Assembly (NCBI RefSeq): GCF_009914755.1
Contig: NC_060947.1
Direction: 5' to 3' (one strand)
DNA length: 64,000 bases
Source: the human T2T-CHM13v2.0 reference genome, Homo sapiens
Shown: positions 15,311 through 36,240 of the stretch, piece after piece
How the letters are laid out: the number at the start of each line of letters is the position of its first letter
Position numbering within the stretch: position 1 is the stretch's first letter
The notes under the pieces: generated by a model
Database searches by the model: none
Told to the model about the DNA's origin: nothing
The model's input: only the letters and a program-made list of their open reading frames with translations
Translations under genes and position numbers: made by a program

Positions 15311-16229
15311 GTTGGTATAATAATGTGTGCGTAGAAATGGGGAGAAGTAAAAACAATTTCTTTAATGTTGTGTTTGCCATTGTAGCATATAGAATTCTTG
15401 CTGTTTTTGTATTACTTGTTCCTTTTGATATTCCAATTTGTGTATGTACTATGAGTCCTATTTATATCTTTACAGGTTTGGGGTTCCTGACATGTAGCTG
15501 TTCTTTTGTAAAAGAGAGCTCCTTCTCTTTGATAATAGCTGTAAACTTATTACCATCTCATATATTTAGTTATTTCATATTACTCCTTTTCTTAGAAACA
15601 TAGTCCCTTAGTCACTCTTCCCTTGTCATTTTATTATACCTATTTTCTTAGTGTTGTTGTACTTATTTAAAAATTAGATACTTGTAATGCTTAGGCAGGA
15701 TGAAATTTTGTCTATTTATTCAAAATATACGTATGAAACCTTACTACCTGCCAAGAATACTAGCAAAAGTTGAAAATTAAAATGAACACAATGGAGGTAA
15801 GATTCCCTTGTTCACTGGCCTGCTTCATATTTTTCTGTTATTCAGACAATTTGTTTTTTGACTCTGTTCTGTCTTTAATCACTGCCTTCTGCATTCATCC
15901 TGAATTTACTCAGCTTTAACCACCATCTTTTATAAACGTTCAGGTACCCTGGGAATTTTAACAGTGGCTTTTAGGACATCTTGATACTAGCCTGAATTCT
16001 CCTGCTATCTAATTATGTGCCATTAATCTCTTTGGAATTTTATCCAACTGTAAAATAGAAATGATTTACCTACTTTACAAGATAACTATGAAAGATAGGC
16101 TATTTAAACCTGCATTTATTCATAAAATAATTTCAGAAGTATTTATCAAGTGCTTATGAGTACAGAAATTCAAGGAGATATTCTGAGGCATCTCATTTTT
16201 TTTTTTACTTAAACAGAAGGGCAGAGGAA

Positions 16230-16420
16230 TCTTGGCTTTGCCACTTAGTAGTTGCAACTTGAGTAAACCCCTCTGGGCTTTGGTTTCCTCCTGTGAAAAA
16301 TGGGCATTGTGATGGTGCCTACCTCAAAGAATTATTGTAAACTTTAAATGCAATCACCTATTTAAAGTGATTAGGACAGTACCTGGCACATAGTAAGTGC
16401 CCAACAAACGGTAGCTATTA
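16230..16420 (+). mobile_element. MIR (other MIRs near 3690-3900, 20720-20860, 29720-29875, 35240-35420, 51530-51740)
   Basis: MIR core gtttcctcctgtgaaaaatggg...cctacctca...cctggcacatagtaagtg. Confidence 0.7.
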
Positions 16421-16679
16421 CTAATCTGTCTTATATAAGGAATGGAGACTCCACATCATCCTCATGTCTGGGATTTAAGTAATCTAATTCTGCCTAATAT
16501 ACTCAAGTTTGTCTTATTCTATTCCCAGAATGAACAAAGAATACATATTTATTACCTTACATGTCATAACTTGTCACGAACTATCTCAAGACTGTCCCAT
16601 TATTTTAAGTTCACCACTGGGTAGCTGAGCAGGGTTGATGATTGAACCAATCCAGATAAGTATGTGAAAACATTTTGTA

Positions 16680-17789
<1,110 letters not shown>

Positions 17790-18139
17790 TTAGCAAGACC
17801 CTTTGGGACCAAGTGGCCTCTAAGCACTTAGGTAGCAGTATCTTTTTTTTTTTTTTTTTTTCAGACTTTTGCTTTTCTAAAATTACAAAGGTGTAGTGTG
17901 TCTGCTGTTACAGGATGGAAAAATGCATCATAGGAGGTTAGAAGCTTGTTGGCCTCAGTCATAAAGGGATAAGAAAAATGAGAATTAGGCATAGGGCAGG
18001 AAGGACCTCACTCCTCCCAACGCTTTCATTTCTAAATAATGCTTAAGGAAACCATGCCAGGGTTAGTAAAAGAGTAGAGGCACAACCACGGTAAGTGGGC
18101 ATTGGGGAAAGAGGAAGGAGGGCAGGACATGGGGATAAA

Positions 18140-18330
18140 GCGGTTTCTTAACTGCGCGTGCGCCCCTGGCAAAGCTGACTAAGGCGCCTGAAGTGACGTC
18201 ATTGCCTGCATCACAACAGGCGTCGTCCGGCTGATAGCTTATCGCAGGCTCTGAGGGGCGGGACCCAACTGATTGTCAAAGGCGGCAGATTGTAGTTTTT
18301 GTTTTGGCCGGAAAGGCTTACCATGAGTTG
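18140..18330 (+). promoter_or_regulatory. PABIR3 proximal promoter: NRF1-like site, CRE, GC box, ETS site
   Basis: TGCGCGTGCGC 18153-18163; TGACGTCA 18194-18201; GGGGCGGGA 18255-18263; CCGGAA 18308-18313; locally CpG-rich. Confidence 0.7.
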
Positions 18331-18599
18331 CCAGGGCTGAGAGAGATGGAGAAGGATTCGCGGCGGTGACAGATTAAATTCCCCAGTTACATTATAGACT
18401 TGGAGGTGGGGGATCTTCTCATCGTTAGAGGCCCCGATCATGGGAGATAGGCGGTTCGGAGCCAGTTCTGCCTAACTTTGTGTTCACTGATGTTAGGGCT
18501 GCTAGGGCTGCAAAGGTGGGCACCCCTACTCGCCTAAGAGCTTTCTCCTCTCTTCTCTTTTTCCCCTTTGCCTCTCTCCTTACATCACCTGCCCACTAA

Positions 18600-18773
<174 letters not shown>

Positions 18774-19249
18774 TGAGCCGGGTTGAGATACTGGAGGAGG
18801 CAAGCGGTGGGGAGGAGGTGTTCGGGAAAGTGATTTCCTATAGAATTCCCGTCCCTTTATTTGTTGAGGTTCTGCAGGTAACTCCCTTGTTCCTGGTGTC
18901 CGGAGATCCCACCCTCAACCTTGGGTGGGGGTAGTGGGACGGGCTGACCTGAGGGGGAGCGCGCACCCACCCTGAGGTTGACAAACATCTGAATCTGAAC
19001 ATCCTCCCCTGATAGTCCACTCGGACCCGAAAGTAGCAGCCAGTTGGTGTGGAGCACGGCTTTTTTCTAACTTCAACCCATTTCTTACCCACTCCTTTGA
19101 AGAAACTTAGTATCCTCCCCCACTCACCTCCAGATCTTCTGCCATGACTGTAATATTTGTCATTTCAGCTGCTTTGTCACCTCTGACCTTCACCTCCAGC
19201 CGCTTGAATGGAAATGGTTGTCAAGCAAATAAGCTTTGGACTTTTTTAC

Positions 19250-20528
<1,279 letters not shown>

Positions 20529-21447
20529 TAAATCTTACTTCTTAAACTAGACTTTTAAAATGAGATGTTGGATTTCACATTTCAGTATTATAAGGTTTTC
20601 TAGATACCGTAAAAATGTCTGAAAAATGCATTCACTACATATGTTACTAACTTTGCTCTTCACCTTTTGTTGCATCATACTAATTGATAGTTGTAATTCA
20701 CAGTACCATAGACTATCAGGAAGGGATTCAGAGACCAGCTTTACCCTCCTTGTTTAACATATGAGGAAACTGAGGCCCATAAATCTCCAAAATGACGTTT
20801 AGTGGCAGAGCCAGTACTAGGAAGCTCTGTTTCCTGACTCCTAAACTACTGTTCTGGCCACTACTAACCAATACCTAAGCTGATTAACTCTAAATGAATG
20901 CAGCTTTTGGGTCATTTGAGGTAGGAGAGAATATATTGTTCACAAAATGAAAAGCAAACTAAGATTGACCAAAAAAAAATACATTACCTTTTTAAAATAG
21001 GCAGGTAGAAAAACATAGAAGGGGGACTCTGCATGTTGTGCTGAGAACAAGAACATTTTATTCACTCAGGATTTTGCTCTAATTCTGTTGTGGGAAAAAG
21101 GAATTATGGGACCCACTCTACTAGTAGAAGAGAGCAGTAGGGAGAATGTTGGATTTATTGAAGACAATATAAAAAGAAGAAATAGGTTGCAAATAGACGA
21201 TGGAAGATGTGTACTGGAAGGAACCTGTGGATCCTCTTTAATGTATTAAATACACCAGAGAAGGAGTGGACCCTTCCCTAATCCTTAAAGCCCTGGAAAC
21301 AGAGAGATCTCAGTTATCCCTTCATACCTTGCTTTGTTCTGCAAAGGATTTTTTTGTTTTGTTTGTTTGTTTTTTGCTTATATTAGAGCATAGCTACAGT
21401 GTTACATTCCATAGCTTAAGATCCTGATGCATGAAGTAAAATTTGTA

Positions 21448-22028
21448 CAGAAAGATAAGGGTCACTAGCATATTTCTGTAGTAGGAGTTTAAAGATACAG
21501 AAACCACAAAGTGGACGGAGTCCAGGGACTCTAGTCTGTCAGAAAGAAGTAACATAGGAATGATGTGTGACATCCCTGAGATTAGGGGACTTGCCCAGAT
21601 GATCTGAGGGCATATTTTGTGCTGTTGTAGAAAATGTAGGGCATAGTCAGAGAAGTTATTCTGAAGCAAGAAAAATTTAGAGTAGGATTACACTGAGCCT
21701 TAGTTGAATTCATTTTCACCTCAGTTCTCATTTGCATATGTATACTGCTCACTTTTCTCCCTTTTTTTTTCCTTCCTTGGCCCTCTAATACTTGAGTACT
21801 TCCTCTTTCTAAACTATACCTGGCCAGTAAAGCATTCTTTTCAGAAAGGTGAAAGTCACTAGCATATTTCTTTAGTAGGAATTAAAGATATAGAAACCAC
21901 AAAGTGGACAGAGTTCAGAGACTCCAGTCCCTCAGAAAGAAGTAACATAGGAATGATGTGTGACATGCCTGAGGTCAGGGAACTTGCCCAAATGATCTGA
22001 GGGGATGTTTTGTGCTGTTGTAGAAAAT
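21448..22028 (+). repeat. Local ~188-bp diverged direct duplication (21448-21636 and 21842-22028)
   Basis: collinear copies with scattered substitutions, mostly transitions. Confidence 0.9.
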
Positions 22029-22461
22029 ATTTAGCTTGCTAAACATTGTTGCACCTCTTTCAAGTAATTTTCGAACTTTGCTTGATGTTTCTTCTATATA
22101 AAGACCCTCTTGCACCAGCATTTGCAGAATTAAATTCCTTAGGTTTGTTTCTTTCATATCAACTCTTTAATACAGTATTACTGTTTTAAAGAAGTATCTG
22201 CACTGTTTTATGTATATCTTGAACTAATAAAAATTCCAACGTCAAAAGTTTTGAACCTCTTGGTTCTTTATACTCTTTATCTCTGTAATTGGCTGACTTT
22301 ATTACTGGTGTCAATAACTATACTTAAAGCTAGGAGTTTTTTCTTCTCTTTCTCTGACCCTTATTCAAAGACTCAGAGATTAGGTTCTTGTATTCCTGCC
22401 AGTGCCTCCCTACCTTAAAAACCTCTACCTTGACCCTGCATTTAAACTGTTACTGCCTCAA

Positions 22462-22797
<336 letters not shown>

Positions 22798-22829
22798 TCA
22801 ATTCTATTTGAAAGGCAAATTACTGCCCC

Positions 22830-23030
22830 AGAGCCAAATGCAGCCCACCACCTGGATTTGCAAATAAAATTTTATTGGAATGGAACCATCCCCATTTGTT
22901 TAGTTGTTATCTATGGCTACTTTCCCACTGCAGTGGCAGAACTGAGGAGTTGCAACAGATACTGTATGGCCCACAAATCCTAAAATATTTACTCTCTGGC
23001 CCTTCGCAGAAAAAGTTTGCCCATCTTCTG
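22830..23030. mobile_element. MER58A-like (hAT-Charlie)
   Basis: aataaaattttattggaa...tatggcccacaaatcctaaaatatttactctctggccctt. Confidence 0.75.
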
Positions 23031-25479
23031 GTTTATTGAACTTTTACGAACGTGGAAGAATAGCAGCCATGAGAAATGATTGCTTTGGGAATATAAGTGA
23101 CATAAATCTATTATAGTTTAGACAGAGCTGTTTATTGATCATTTGATGTGGAACATTGAACATCCATCCAGTTATACTACTTCTGCTTTTTCCGAGTTAA
23201 AAGTAGCACTTAGTTCAGATATCAGCTAGGGTTTTATAAATTCATGTTGAATGATGCATACCAGTTGAAGTATATATTGCCTGAATTCTTTCTTTCAGTT
23301 ATAGTCTTACTAAAATTGGCAAACAAATTTAGGGTAGACTATATCATTGTCAGCCCTAAGTATTAAGCCCCCTACACATGTACACAAAAAAGAATGGAAA
23401 GAAATAGCCCATTAGTGTCCCTCCAATTTTCTTATGAGTGACTGCCAGAACATATTCCTATTCTCACAAAGAAAATGACTGGGAAAGTAAGTAGAATTAG
23501 ATACATCCATATACCTTCCATTCACAAAATATTAAGTTACTGCCTGTTATATGCAAATTATGATGTTGCAAAGATGTATCTCAGGGCTCAATAAGCTTTA
23601 ATAGGGAATATAAATACTAGAAGGACTTAAATATATGGTAGAGTAAGATAAGTGCGTAGGGAGCTTAAGATAAGTGCGTAGGGAGCTAAATAAAGTGCTA
23701 GGGGAATTCAAAGAAGGAAGGGAGAAATTACAGCGGGACTGGTGAGGGAGAAGGAAAAGTTTATGAAGAAGTTGGCATTTGAGATGGGCCTTCATGGATT
23801 GATAGGATACACCCTGGAAAAGAGGGGGAACAATGGTTGGGATAGTATTTTAAGTATTATATGTAGAACAGACTTGAAGGCAGAAAAGCATAGATGTGTT
23901 CCAGAGAACTGAATGGTCCACTTTGCCTGAACCCCTGACTCCCAGATGTTCATCTGCTGATCAGTGCTGATCTCAGGTGAAGTTTTTACCAATCCGTGCT
24001 TTTAAAAGAGTTAAGTACAGCATAATTAAAGATGTCATTATGTAGTTGTTAATTATCTTTCCTGGGCAGGACTGTACTGTACTCTGAGATTGTTATTCTC
24101 TTATTTTCTTAATACCAAAGGGTCATTTTACAAATGAAATGATGGTATTGGTCAATGGTGGGATTTAAAAAAAAATGACTTGGCAAAAGAAAAAGGTGGC
24201 AACTGTATGTTTCTGCCTAGATTTTGTTTTGAAATTGTACTAGTCCTTGAAATTGAAGAGTCTGGAGCCAAACCGTGGATGGCTTTGAATGTCATAGTAA
24301 AGAACGTAACTGAATTTGACAGGCACTGAAGAGAGTCACTGAAAGTTGTGAGCAAACTGTTCTTTAGGAAGATGCCCCTGGTAGTCTGTTAGCCTAGAGA
24401 AGGGAAAGAAGAGAGGCGAGGAGCCCAATTAGACTATGCAGTCTGTGGAAAAGGAAAAAGACCTTGAATTGGTTTTTGGCAAGGAGCCTGACAAGAATCA
24501 GGTGGTTATCAGAGAGCGAGTATAGAGGTAAAATCTAAAATACTGGCAGTTGATTGGATATAGGCAGCTAAAACAAAAGTATTACAGATGATTTCTCACA
24601 TTGGAGGAACCTGGATGAAGGGTACATGTGAACCATCTGTATTCTTTTTGCAACTTCTTGTGAGTCTTAAACCGTTTCAAAATAAAAAGTTATAATAAAA
24701 AGGAAAAGATGCCGGGCACCGCTGGGATCTGTAGTCCTAGCTACTTGAGAGGCTGAGGCAGGAGCATCGTTGAGCCTAGGAGTTTGAGGGCAGCCTAGGC
24801 AATATACAGCGGGACGACATCTCTGAAAAAACAATGAAATGATGATTTCTTCAGGATTACAAGGTCAAATAGGACCAAGTTCACTTGAGTGGGCAACCAT
24901 CAAAGCTGAGGACACTGACCTGTCTTCAGTGGGCATCAGCTGCACAACTTCAGTCCATTGTTATCATGGGAATGTGGCCCAGTGTTGCAAAATCTTGCAA
25001 CTTTTCAATAGAAGCCAGAACGTTGGAATCTGGGTGTTTTTTTTTTTTTTAATGTGAAATCTTTCAGTGTGCAAAACAAATTCAAAAACATTTTTAACAC
25101 TGTAGGCCAAACCAAACACATCTGTGAAAAATCTGAGTTCCATCAACCCCTGCTATTGGTTATTCCTCGTATTCATGTGAAACTTTGGGAGTTGAGAGGG
25201 AATTGGTATTTGCACGTTGTATCTCTGACCATAAATTTAAATCATTTACAGGTTTACACTGAAAATGATGTATTTCCAAGTTCACAATAAATTATATTCA
25301 TTCTCCGTAGCATGATTAGGAGTAAAGTAGTGTGCTTGAGAATTCCTTACCTTATATGGAGACTTGTTTAGGCCCAGCCAACCAAGGCTGTATGTGTGTG
25401 TGTGTTTTAATTTCTACCTTTGCACAGCTTGCCTTTACCCTTGCTGTTTAGGTATTTGAAATCTTTAAAAGAATTTTGT

Positions 25480-25928
<449 letters not shown>

Positions 25929-25970
25929 TAGTGGCCTCCCTGTCTAAGACTTGTGCTTATTGGTCTCAAC

Positions 25971-26121
25971 CAATGGTCTTCAAACTTGAGCATTCACAGG
26001 GAGGGCTTATTAAAACACAGATGGCCAGCGGGAGTCTCACCCCCAGGGTTTCTGATTAAGTAGATGGGGGTGGAGCATGAGAATTTGCATTTCTAACAAG
26101 TTCCCACTTTGAGAAACACTG
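25971..26121. mobile_element. MER5A (hAT-Charlie)
   Basis: ttattaaaacacagat...gaatttgcatttctaacaagttccc...tttgagaaacactg. Confidence 0.75.
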
Positions 26122-26479
26122 CTCTAAACATTACTGAAGGAAAAATAAACACATTGACTACAGTTATGATTGCTGCAGCTGCAACAGAATTAATTTTTAA
26201 ATCCCATATGGATTTAACATCGAGATTTTATGTATAAGACCATCTGGTTTCCCTTTTTTTTTTTTAAAGAAAATTCTAACTTTGAGAGGAAAATTTGCAG
26301 ACTCTCCTAAAAGTAATTTTCAGGCTTTTAGACTTTTATCTCACATTTATCTTGAATTGTAAATAAGATTTGCTTTTCATGGTATTATCATGCAATCTCT
26401 AAATTATAACTCTTTTCTACTAATTATCCTGTAAACATAGGGAATATACTTGTAGATCAGTAAGCCAAGGTGAATACAT

Positions 26480-28268
<1,789 letters not shown>

Positions 28269-28399
28269 TATTGCTTGCTAATCTTAAAACTGGACATTTT
28301 CTTCTTCATAGAATGATATTCAATATTGTTCCCACAAATGCATTAATTTTATAGTGGGAGAAATTATAACTGTTCATTAAATAAATATTTCTTCTTTCT

Positions 28400-29700
28400 A
28401 CTCATTTACTCATCCATTCAACGATATTTGTTGAGCACCTGCTTGCCTCTCAAAGCCTTCCATACCTATCCAGTCTTCTACTCAACGAAGCCAACATAGT
28501 GGTTTAGGACCCACTATGTATTAGGCCCTGATCTAGTTGCCAGGGTTGATCTAACTGAGTTTGGGGAGGAGATAACATCTTAGTTGAGATCTTACTGATG
28601 TGAGAGGGTTAGCTAGTTTGGGATATTGGTGGCAGGGGTAGACAATATTCCTGGTAGAAAACAGCATGCTTGAAGTCCTGGAAAAGGAAGTGTGGTGTAT
28701 AGATAAAAGAGTGTGTATAAAATTTGAAAGAAGTGCATTTTAGCTACAGTGAAAGCAAAGATACAGTGGTGAGAGATGTGGTTGAAGAAGTAGACTAGTG
28801 CAATATCTTGTAGGGCCTTCAAGTCATGTTAAGTATTTTGCACTTTATCCTAGGGTCAGTGAGAAGCCATTGAAGAGTTTTGAGCCAATGATTGACATGA
28901 TCAGATTTGTTAAAAGATTGCCCTGGCTGCAGAGTGGAAAGTGGATTGGAAGAGGGCAAACGTATATGCAAGAAGATCAGATAGGCTACTGCAATCACCC
29001 TGGCAAAGAGCTGATGGTAGCTTGGACTAGTGTGATGGTAGTGGAAATAGAGAAAAGTTCCAGATTCAGGAGAAATTTCAAAGATGGAATCAATGGACGG
29101 TGGGAAACAGTGGAGGCAAACCTGACTCCTAGGTCTCTAGCTTGGGCAGCTGATGGGATGGTAGTGACACAGAATAAGAAGGGACCATTGCAAGAAGAGT
29201 AGATTTACAAAGGAGGATGAGTTTAGCTTTGTACATGTTACATTGGAGGTTCTCTTGGACCTGTAAACTAGTGATGTTCGATGTACTAGTTTGAAGCTCA
29301 GGAGTGAGAGCTGGACTAGAGATAACCATTTGGGAATCATTGGTAGATTGTTATTTAAAACTGTGGGAATTAATGATATGACCTACAAAGAGAGTATAGA
29401 AAGAGCAGAGAAGAAGTTGCAGGACAAAACTTTAAAAATCACCAACACTTAAAAATCAGTCAGAAGAAGAGTGATGGACTAAGTAGAGAGGCAGGAGGAG
29501 GCTTCAGAAGAGAGTAGTACCATGAAAAAACAAGGAAAAGTAGTAAGTCATATGCTGTCAAGCCGTCAAACAGACTGAAAAGTGTCCTTTGAATTACCAA
29601 AACAGATATTACTCATGAATTCTTATATTTGAAAGCACTTTCAGTAGAAGGAGGAGTGGGGTGAGATTAAGCCAGATTTGATTTTGAAGAATAACTGAGA
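28400..29700 (-). mobile_element. L2 fragment
   Basis: cattcaacgatatttgttgagcacc L2 3'-end pattern followed by typical purine-rich L2 body. Confidence 0.6.
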
Positions 29701-29989
29701 GCCAAGGACCTATAAATGGCACTGTACATCCAGGCTCAGTTATTTGGGAGGCAAATCCCTCATCTGTAAAATGGGAATGTAAAAGTAACTGCTTTGTAGG
29801 TTTGTTGTGGATTACCTTGGTCAGTATGAAGCACTCAGCACAGCACTGGCACATACTAAATGCTCAATAAATATGTGGGTTTTTTTAAATCAGTAATAGT
29901 ACATATAGTCAGCAACCGGTGCACCTGGCTTTTTAAAAATTATAATTTTAAAATCTTTTTTTCTAGTACCAAATACTTAAAGGATATTT

Positions 29990-32356
<2,367 letters not shown>

Positions 32357-33749
32357 TTAAGTGCAAATATTTTCTTCACTTCTCTCAGGAAATTACTTCA
32401 CCCACTTCTGTTGAACAGAAGCCCAAAGACCTCTTCTGACCTTGAGACTATGCCTTCTCCCAAATCGCCCCTTTGCTTTATCTCCTAAGAACTCTGAAGT
32501 TGCCATGCCTGTTCCTTTCTCTCCCACCAGGAATTCTGGCACTTCTGCTCAAGCCGGATGTCACTGCGTCACTTCTCCATCCCCACCCCCTCCTCTTCCA
32601 AAGGAAGCAGGGGAAATGTCTCATCTTCCTAAGAGAAAAGGTTGTGCTTTTCTTGAGCAATTCATCTGTTCTAATTTTAGGCCTACTGACATCTGTCTCA
32701 TTAGGTTTTGCTTTTCCTATTGGCAACCACAAACCCCAAATCTAGTGTATGGCCCACAAAGTTGCAAGCATGTAATACATTCCTGATCCTGCTTTATGCC
32801 CTGCACATCTAGCCCATGTTCAGTTCATGTTAAGTAGCATTATAAACCATCTTAAATCATTTCTGAAACTAGGCAGAGACATTTATAAACACAGTGTACA
32901 ACCCTTTGTTTAGGATTTTCTGAGCATTTTATCTCTAGTTACTATAGTAGGAAATGGCTTAAAAACAGCAAACCTAGGAAAATGAAAAATAATTTTTAAA
33001 AATCTTAATGTCTTTACAATATGAATTTTCTGTGATCTCTCTTAAATGGAACTAAGCTTGGTTTTTCCTCCTATCTTAATCCTTTCACTGGAGATAATTC
33101 TTAGTAATTAGCTTCACCCAGCACCCTCCCTAACCTCCCGCTACTTCTACTCCCAGCCACCTTCACACCATGACATCATTCCTTGGTGCTGATACTCTTG
33201 GTTCCTTCCAAGGACTTTTCTTTCTTCCTGGAGTGTGAGAAAAAGGCACAGTGGGAAATTTACACAAAAGATACCAGTGATGTTTATTACATCTCAGTGA
33301 AGTCATTATTTCTATTTTAATACTTTGTTTCATGTGGAAAAATTATCTAAGGTAATTCCTTTGCAAACGCCACTTGTAGTACTTAATTTGGGGAGAATTC
33401 TCTTCCAGAAGCCTTGTTTTCTGCAATTAATTTCTCACATTATTACTAAAAGAATCAGCCAATACAAGATTTGATCCACATTTTGTCCAATTAAAAAATT
33501 CTTGTAGCTTATGATTCTGTAGCTCAAGTTCAAATCCTACCTACCTCAGACATTTCACACTATCTCCCTGCTGGTGTCATCAATTTCAGTCTATCTTCTC
33601 ATGATTTCCTGGATGAAGTTTTTCAGTGGGAAATCCTAAGCCTTTGCCTGAACCTAAATTGGTTCCTTCCCATCCCTTAGGTATAAATTAAAAATAATCT
33701 CTTCTAGGGAAGTCTTTCATCATTATTTTATGAAGGAAATTTGCCATAC

Positions 33750-34320
<571 letters not shown>

Positions 34321-34559
34321 ATAGAAAGTAATTGTCTTATTTATGACATGTCATTATAATACAGCCAAAGTGTCATAATTTCTATAGAAAGTATATGTAT
34401 ACATTTAAGTTCAGGTTATATATCTTTTTCATTAGATTATAAACTTTATAAACCATAGTGTTTCATGTTATATATTGTGAATTTTCTGGGCATTTGATTG
34501 ATGCAGATGTGAACCTTAGTAGCATGAATTAAACGTATTAAAATTCTGCCTCTTCAAAG

Positions 34560-34712
34560 GTGTGTGTGTGTATCTGTATATATGTGTATATATATGTATA
34601 TTTGTATACGTGTATTCTATGTACATATATACATATATACATACACGTATACATATATATGCATATACATGCAAAATGTATACATGTACACATATATATC
34701 CATGTGTATATG
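34560..34712. repeat. Imperfect (TG/TA/CA) alternating purine-pyrimidine microsatellite
   Basis: direct reading. Confidence 0.9.
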
Positions 34713-35642
34713 AGAGTTTTTCAGGAAAACCTAAATTTTTCAGATTCTGTTCATGCCACTGCACAACTTCTCAATTAGTGTTATTAAAGGGAAACACTGA
34801 GGAAGAATCTCCAACACTGTATAAATCACAATGTTTTCTGCTTGCTTTGAAAGTTTGATTATTTTTATAGTATGCCTTAAGAATGGGCACGTAAATATTT
34901 TTTAAATTAGCAATATTTGGGGTTCAAAGTAAAAAAGAAAAAAAAGTCACAGTATCTAATGTTGAGAGGGTATGAGGAAATAGGTATTCTAATACACTAC
35001 TGGGAAGTAAATTTGTATAAGTTTTCTGGAGGGCAGCTTGGTGATATGTATCAACAACCTTGCAACCCAGAAACTCCAGCTCTATGAATTGATCCTAAAG
35101 AATTAATTAAGGATGTGCACAAACATTAGCTTAAAAGATATTATTACAACATTATTTATAAGAGCTAGCAAAAAATATGGCAACAGCCTGAATGTCTAAC
35201 AATAGGGAATAGGTCAATCGAAAGAGCCTTCGTTACGTGTATTTGAATTCCAGTTCTAGCAATGACTGCATAACCCCTTGGACAAGTTGCTTAATCACTG
35301 TAGCCCTCAGTTTTTCTGAGGCAAAATGAAGGTGATAATAATGCCTACCTCATGGGGTTGCTGTGAGAATTGAGTGAGATAAAACGTGTGGCACATAATA
35401 AAAGTGCTGCTTATTATTATGGTACGTCCTTACAGTATAATATTCAGCACTTAAAATGGTGTTGCAGATGAATTTTAACATGGAAAGACTCAGAATGTAT
35501 TAAATTATATATATTGAGTATATATGCTTTATAATGAGAAAAAATGTGAGCCTATTTCTGTTAAAAACAAAAAGATCAGGGCCAGGCCCGGTGGCTCATG
35601 CCTGTAATCCCAGCACTTTGGGAGGCCAAGGCGGGTGGATCA

Positions 35643-36240
<598 letters not shown>

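Noticed and set aside
21070-21250. Acceptor-like site followed by ~59 open codons in PABIR3 intron 1
   Set aside because: The frame entering from exon 1 stops after four codons; no clear donor or homology
21577-21608. C/D-box snoRNA-like motifs (ATGATGT...CTGA...ATGATCTGA) in both copies of the 188-bp duplication
   Set aside because: Box C is imperfect, the C-to-D span is only ~50 nt and there is no convincing terminal stem
28798-29202. 134-aa ORF
   Set aside because: Lies in a decayed L2 element
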